Origin: Sphaerodactylus townsendi
Lineage: Eukaryota
Reading direction: 5' to 3'
Assembly (NCBI RefSeq): GCF_021028975.2
Contig: NC_059437.1
Coordinates: forward strand, 54,746,001-54,810,000
Length of the DNA: 64,000 bases
The notes beneath the pieces were generated by a model. The model did not search any database, was not told where the DNA came from, and saw nothing but the letters and a program-made list of their open reading frames with translations. Both the position numbers and the translations under genes were made by a program. Shown here in pieces: positions 60,261-64,000 of the stretch. Position 1 is the first letter of the stretch; each line of letters starts with the position of its first letter.

Positions 60261-60424
60261 GTAACAATGAAAATACTGCACTGGCTAAAGCCCTTCAGAA
60301 TTTTAAAACTGGCTGCTGGGTTCGGTGGAAAGTTTTCAAGGGCTGATTTGGTCATTTATTAAGTACACCGTCCCTGTCAGGGGGGGGGGGAACTTGCTAA
60401 AATGGCCGTTTGTCACACTTTGGT

Positions 60425-60608
60425 GGCAAACTTTGGAAATCTGGCATGGCTGTTTGCTGCCTTCCTGCCTCCTAGGAACTCAAGGTGGCTTGCAGTGTAC
60501 ATAAGTATGAAACAGGCAAACTTTGAAAATCTGGCATGGCTGTTTGTTTCCTGCCTTTCTGCCTTCTAGGAACTCAGGGTGGCTTGCAATATACATAATT
60601 ATGAAACA
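60425..60608. repeat. Imperfect tandem duplication of about 90 bp in KNTC1 intron 1
   Basis: GGCAAACTTTG(G/A)AAATCTGGCATGGCTGTTTG...CTAGGAACTCA(A/G)GGTGGCTTGCA...TATGAAACA twice. Confidence 0.9.
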
Positions 60609-60730
60609 CGTAAAATATGTTGCTTTGTTGCACTGCAAAGGCTCACGTGCTTTTGCTGCCCCATCCGTTTAATTTTCTGCTTTGGGGTTCTTTTTTTTTC
60701 TTCCCAGCATAACACCCAGACTTTGAGAAG

Positions 60731-60847
60731 ATGTGGGATGACATTGAGCTTTTTGATGATACAGGAACGCTGAACGTAGGCACGCAAGAATACGGGAGTG
60801 CCTTCTATCAAGTCAACACGCTAGTTAAAATCTCTTCCTCAGAAAAG
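60731..60847 (+). CDS. KNTC1: KNTC1 first coding exon (exon starts 60708)
   Basis: MWDDIELFDDTGTLNVGTQEYGSAFYQVNTLVKISSSEK. Confidence 0.92.
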
Positions 60848-63800
60848 GTAGAATTTTCTGTTAGTGACCTGGGTCCATGAGTGAAGACTGTCAGCACAGA
60901 GTTATGTAACGGCTATCATTACAATTCCCTGCGGTTAAAGCAGAAGTGCTGTGGCATCTTAAAGGTTAACATATTGTGGCAGACACTTTGGTGAGAATAA
61001 AAGCCTGTACTATGATATGTTTGTTGAAAGGGGATCTTTGTTTCCTGCAGTGCCATAAGGAAATACTCAAGTTTAGCAGTATAGCCCTGTTAATGGGACT
61101 GTGTTTGCAGTCATACAAAGACACTGTGGATTTGTGCTTGAGTATAACTCTGTGACCTACAATGATCTGTATCTGATGACTGCTTTGAGCAGGGGAGCAG
61201 GACAGAGCAGTTGGTAGCAGGACAGAATTCATCTCAATAACTAGTTGCCCAGCTTCAATTCCACAGGTGCTGCTTATCAGCTTTTTCTTTTTCCTTGGGA
61301 GATTAGATATCTAGGGGAGGGGCAGATGTCATGGCTACATATGCTAGATATGGGCTCAGTGCCAAGCCAGAGTTTATATCTTCAAATTCCTTTTTTGTGT
61401 TTCTCAGGTCTTGTCTAATCCGAAGTTACAGGCCTCTAACTTGAGTGACAGCTTCACTTTAGTCGCTGACACATCAGTGGTGGTGCTTGATACGAACCTC
61501 TCTCCTCAACTGTTGAATCGGTTTGGTGAGTTGATAGACATCTGAATAGAAGAAGCCATGAAATGAATGATCTTCAGAGTTTTTCTGTTACAATATATAT
61601 TTGGAACATTTAGTGTAATGCCAAGACATTGTGGATTTGTACGTGAATGTAGCGCTCTGATCCACAATGATCTGTAATCTTGAGTGTAACACTGTGACCC
61701 ACAGTGATCTGCACCACAGTCTCTCCCCAAGATTTCTGCATGTGCTGTGTTTGTTTCTGATTGATATGCTGGTAGAGACATAATGTGTTAGCTTAAATTG
61801 TGCAAATTTTTATGGTGTCACTGGTCCGTAGGATGTGAGTGCTTAATTTTGAAACCTTTCAGAAACGGAAGTTGATATTGTTGGCACGTGCCAAGAAGGT
61901 CACTTTCTGGTTGTTGGTGAGAGAAGTGGCAACTTGCATCTTATTCACATTCCATCAAAGGAAACCTTGTTAACGCGTGTAAGTAACTTGTTTCCTGCTA
62001 GTTTCTGTATGTCTGGAGTACCACAGTACAGTCAAGCTAGTTGAATCAGTGGCTTAGACCTGAGAGTCTGGTTCAGCTGTGTTACCTGAAGTGTGTTTTA
62101 CTAAAAAAGAGCCTGCAAAGAGTGTTGCACTTGGATTTGGGAAACTAAGTAGACTCAAGTTTGAATCTCTGCTGACTGCGTGACTTTGACCCACTTTCTC
62201 AAAAGCTAATCTACCTCATGCTGTTCTGAGAATAAAATAGATGAGAGAATGATGCTGTAGACAACTTTGGGTCCACATTGGGGAGAAAAGTGGGGTATAA
62301 GTATCCAAATGAATAGGTGCTGAACTTGGGGCTTGTTTATCAGTGTTTTGCCACAGAGCTTTAAGTATGGGCATCTGGATAGAGATTACTGTTGATGCAT
62401 GTATTGTTGATGAGTTCTTATGTTACTATTGCTGGGGCAGTTCAATCCAAATGGGAGGGCCTAATGGGCTTTGAGAGTGGCAAGAGGCTGCACTGATGCC
62501 TTTGCCCCTCCACTGATGTAAGGAGCACTCGAACTGACAGAAAGGTCAAAGACGCTGGTGTCTGGCTGCCCCACAGCTCCACGATGGGCAAACCTGGAAG
62601 TGGGTACCACCACAAAGCTATGCTTGTGTCTGTGTGGACTCTGGCGCAGAGGGAGCATGGCATTCCAGGAGTAGAACTGACCGTAGTAGTTTTCTACTGA
62701 CATTCCAGCCTGGGAATATCCCTACAAGCCCACAGATATATGGCACACAAAAGTGTGATATAAGCCTGTTTTGGCTATAGAGCCATTCAGGTGGCAGGAG
62801 CATTTTCAAATTTACCTTCTGTAAAACCACACTTTGGATAGGCTCAAGTTAATATGTGACATCTGGTAGAAATAACATTGTTTTCAGAAATTATATTAAA
62901 TGTCTCTTTGAACTCTTAGACACTGATTCAGAAGTCTTCAAATGACAGAACTTACCTGAGTCTCAATCTAGAAAAAGATAGTGCCGATGCAGGTAAATTT
63001 CCTAGGGAATACATCAATGTGCATGCATTTTCAAAAATTCTTGCAAGCTAAGGGTGATCTTATTGGAGGAGTTTAACAACTTACAATTTTGCACGGTGGG
63101 GAAACCATATGTCTTTTTGCTTTGTTGTTTTTCACTCTGTGAATCTTAATCTTGTGTCAACCTGGGCATTCATGGTCATTCTTACTTTTTTGTAATTTGT
63201 AATACAAGGACAAGGACAAGAATAAGCTAGGTGATGCTTTTTAAAATCATGTTTCTCTTGCTTGTACTTGATGAAGCTCAGCCTTGTCAACCCCTTTACA
63301 TGCTGATCACTTTCCTGAAAATCACCTTGTCTTTGGTTCTCTTATAGGCACCTATCATGCATTTATTCTCACCAGAAATGGGATCTTCTGTATTATGCAC
63401 CTCCCCCTTGTCAAAACTCAGGAAGGTAGGAAAACCATTTAGACATCTTGAGTCTGCTTATGGCATACCGTAATTGTGGAGCTCATTGGACTTTGACCCC
63501 TGCTGTTCTGATTCAGTGATATGTGGCTGCATTTATTTTGATTGTTCTAGTTTTACCAACTAGCCCATAGTCTTCTATATTAGATTCCCAATAAGGCGAC
63601 TTTGGGAAAATTGAGTGTATTTCCAATTGTCCTCAATAACAATCTTACTGCTGTAAGTACATAGTACATTGAGGCAGCAAAGCAAGATAACACCAGTGAA
63701 AATTTTCCTTAAAATATATTTCAAAAGGATATGTTAATATTAAATAATTATATTGAAGAATTATATTTTATATTATATTTAATATTAAATAATTAAACTT

Positions 63801-63900
63801 AAACTGTTCAGATGCTGTTCAACACAAACTGCTTTTTACAGGTTATCCTTTTCTTTCTTATATAGCAATTGATACCCTGGACTTCAGTACAGCGAAAAAG
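60731..63900 (+). CDS. KNTC1: KNTC1 / ROD (kinetochore associated 1, RZZ complex), first six coding exons; continues beyond the right window edge
   Basis: In-frame splicing gives MWDDIELFDDTG...LVKISSSEK|VLSNPKLQA...|ETEVDIVGTCQEGHFLVVGERSGNLHLIH...|...|AIDTLDFSTAKK. This matches the recalled human MWNDIELL...DTEVDVVGLCQEGKFLLVGERSGNLHLIH...DFSTAKK. Confidence 0.95.
61408..61525 (+). CDS. KNTC1: KNTC1 coding exon 2
   Basis: VLSNPKLQASNLSDSFTLVADTSVVVLDTNLSPQLLNRF; CAG/GTGAGT. Confidence 0.92.
61863..61978 (+). CDS. KNTC1: KNTC1 coding exon 3
   Basis: (E)TEVDIVGTCQEGHFLVVGERSGNLHLIHIPSKETLLTR; CAG/GTAAGT. Confidence 0.94.
62920..62992 (+). CDS. KNTC1: KNTC1 coding exon 4
   Basis: TLIQKSSNDRTYLSLNLEKDSADA; TAG/GTAAAT. 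Confidence 0.88.
63348..63425 (+). CDS. KNTC1: KNTC1 coding exon 5
   Basis: (G)TYHAFILTRNGIFCIMHLPLVKTQE; TAG/GTAGG. Confidence 0.9.
63866..63900 (+). CDS. KNTC1: KNTC1 coding exon 6
   Basis: (A)IDTLDFSTAKK; TAG/GTAACC. Confidence 0.9.
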
Positions 63901-64000
63901 GTAACCAGGAGTATTTACTACTATAATTTCTGATATACTTGTTTTGCTTGTGACTCAGACTAGTCGCATAGACATTTGGGACTAGTAGTGATATTGTATT

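Noticed and set aside
59341-60362. Several ORFs of about 60-190 aa over the RSRC2/KNTC1 promoter
   Set aside because: CpG-island artefacts; only ATG-GCG (59776-59781) is coding

Overview
Vertebrate genomic DNA, most likely a squamate and probably a gecko (inferred from the repeat content: Squam3-like tRNA SINEs, 5S-Sauria-like SINEs, L2/CR1 tails, Penelope-derived palindromes, hAT MITEs). It holds the conserved CLIP1-ZCCHC8-RSRC2-KNTC1 block. Minus strand: the 5' end of CLIP1 (CpG-island first exon near 18.1-18.3 kb, coding exons 1053-1146 and 1-87), complete ZCCHC8 (14 coding exons, 705 aa) and complete RSRC2 (10 coding exons, 415 aa). Plus strand: the first six coding exons of KNTC1, which shares a bidirectional CpG-island promoter with RSRC2. 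Exons were assembled by hand from splice signals and phase. Gene identities rest on recalled human orthologue sequences, not on a database search. Main points for follow-up: (1) Penelope-derived intronic elements with five hammerhead-ribozyme motifs, two of the elements palindromic with a motif on each strand; (2) two U12-type minor introns in ZCCHC8, one AT-AC; (3) candidate poison exons and decoy donors in RSRC2; (4) palindromic hAT MITEs carrying the ACTACAnnTCCC motif also found at the ZCCHC8 promoter; (5) candidate alternative promoters in CLIP1 intron 1. There is a 148-nt assembly gap at 54287-54434. Most entries in the ORF track are spurious.
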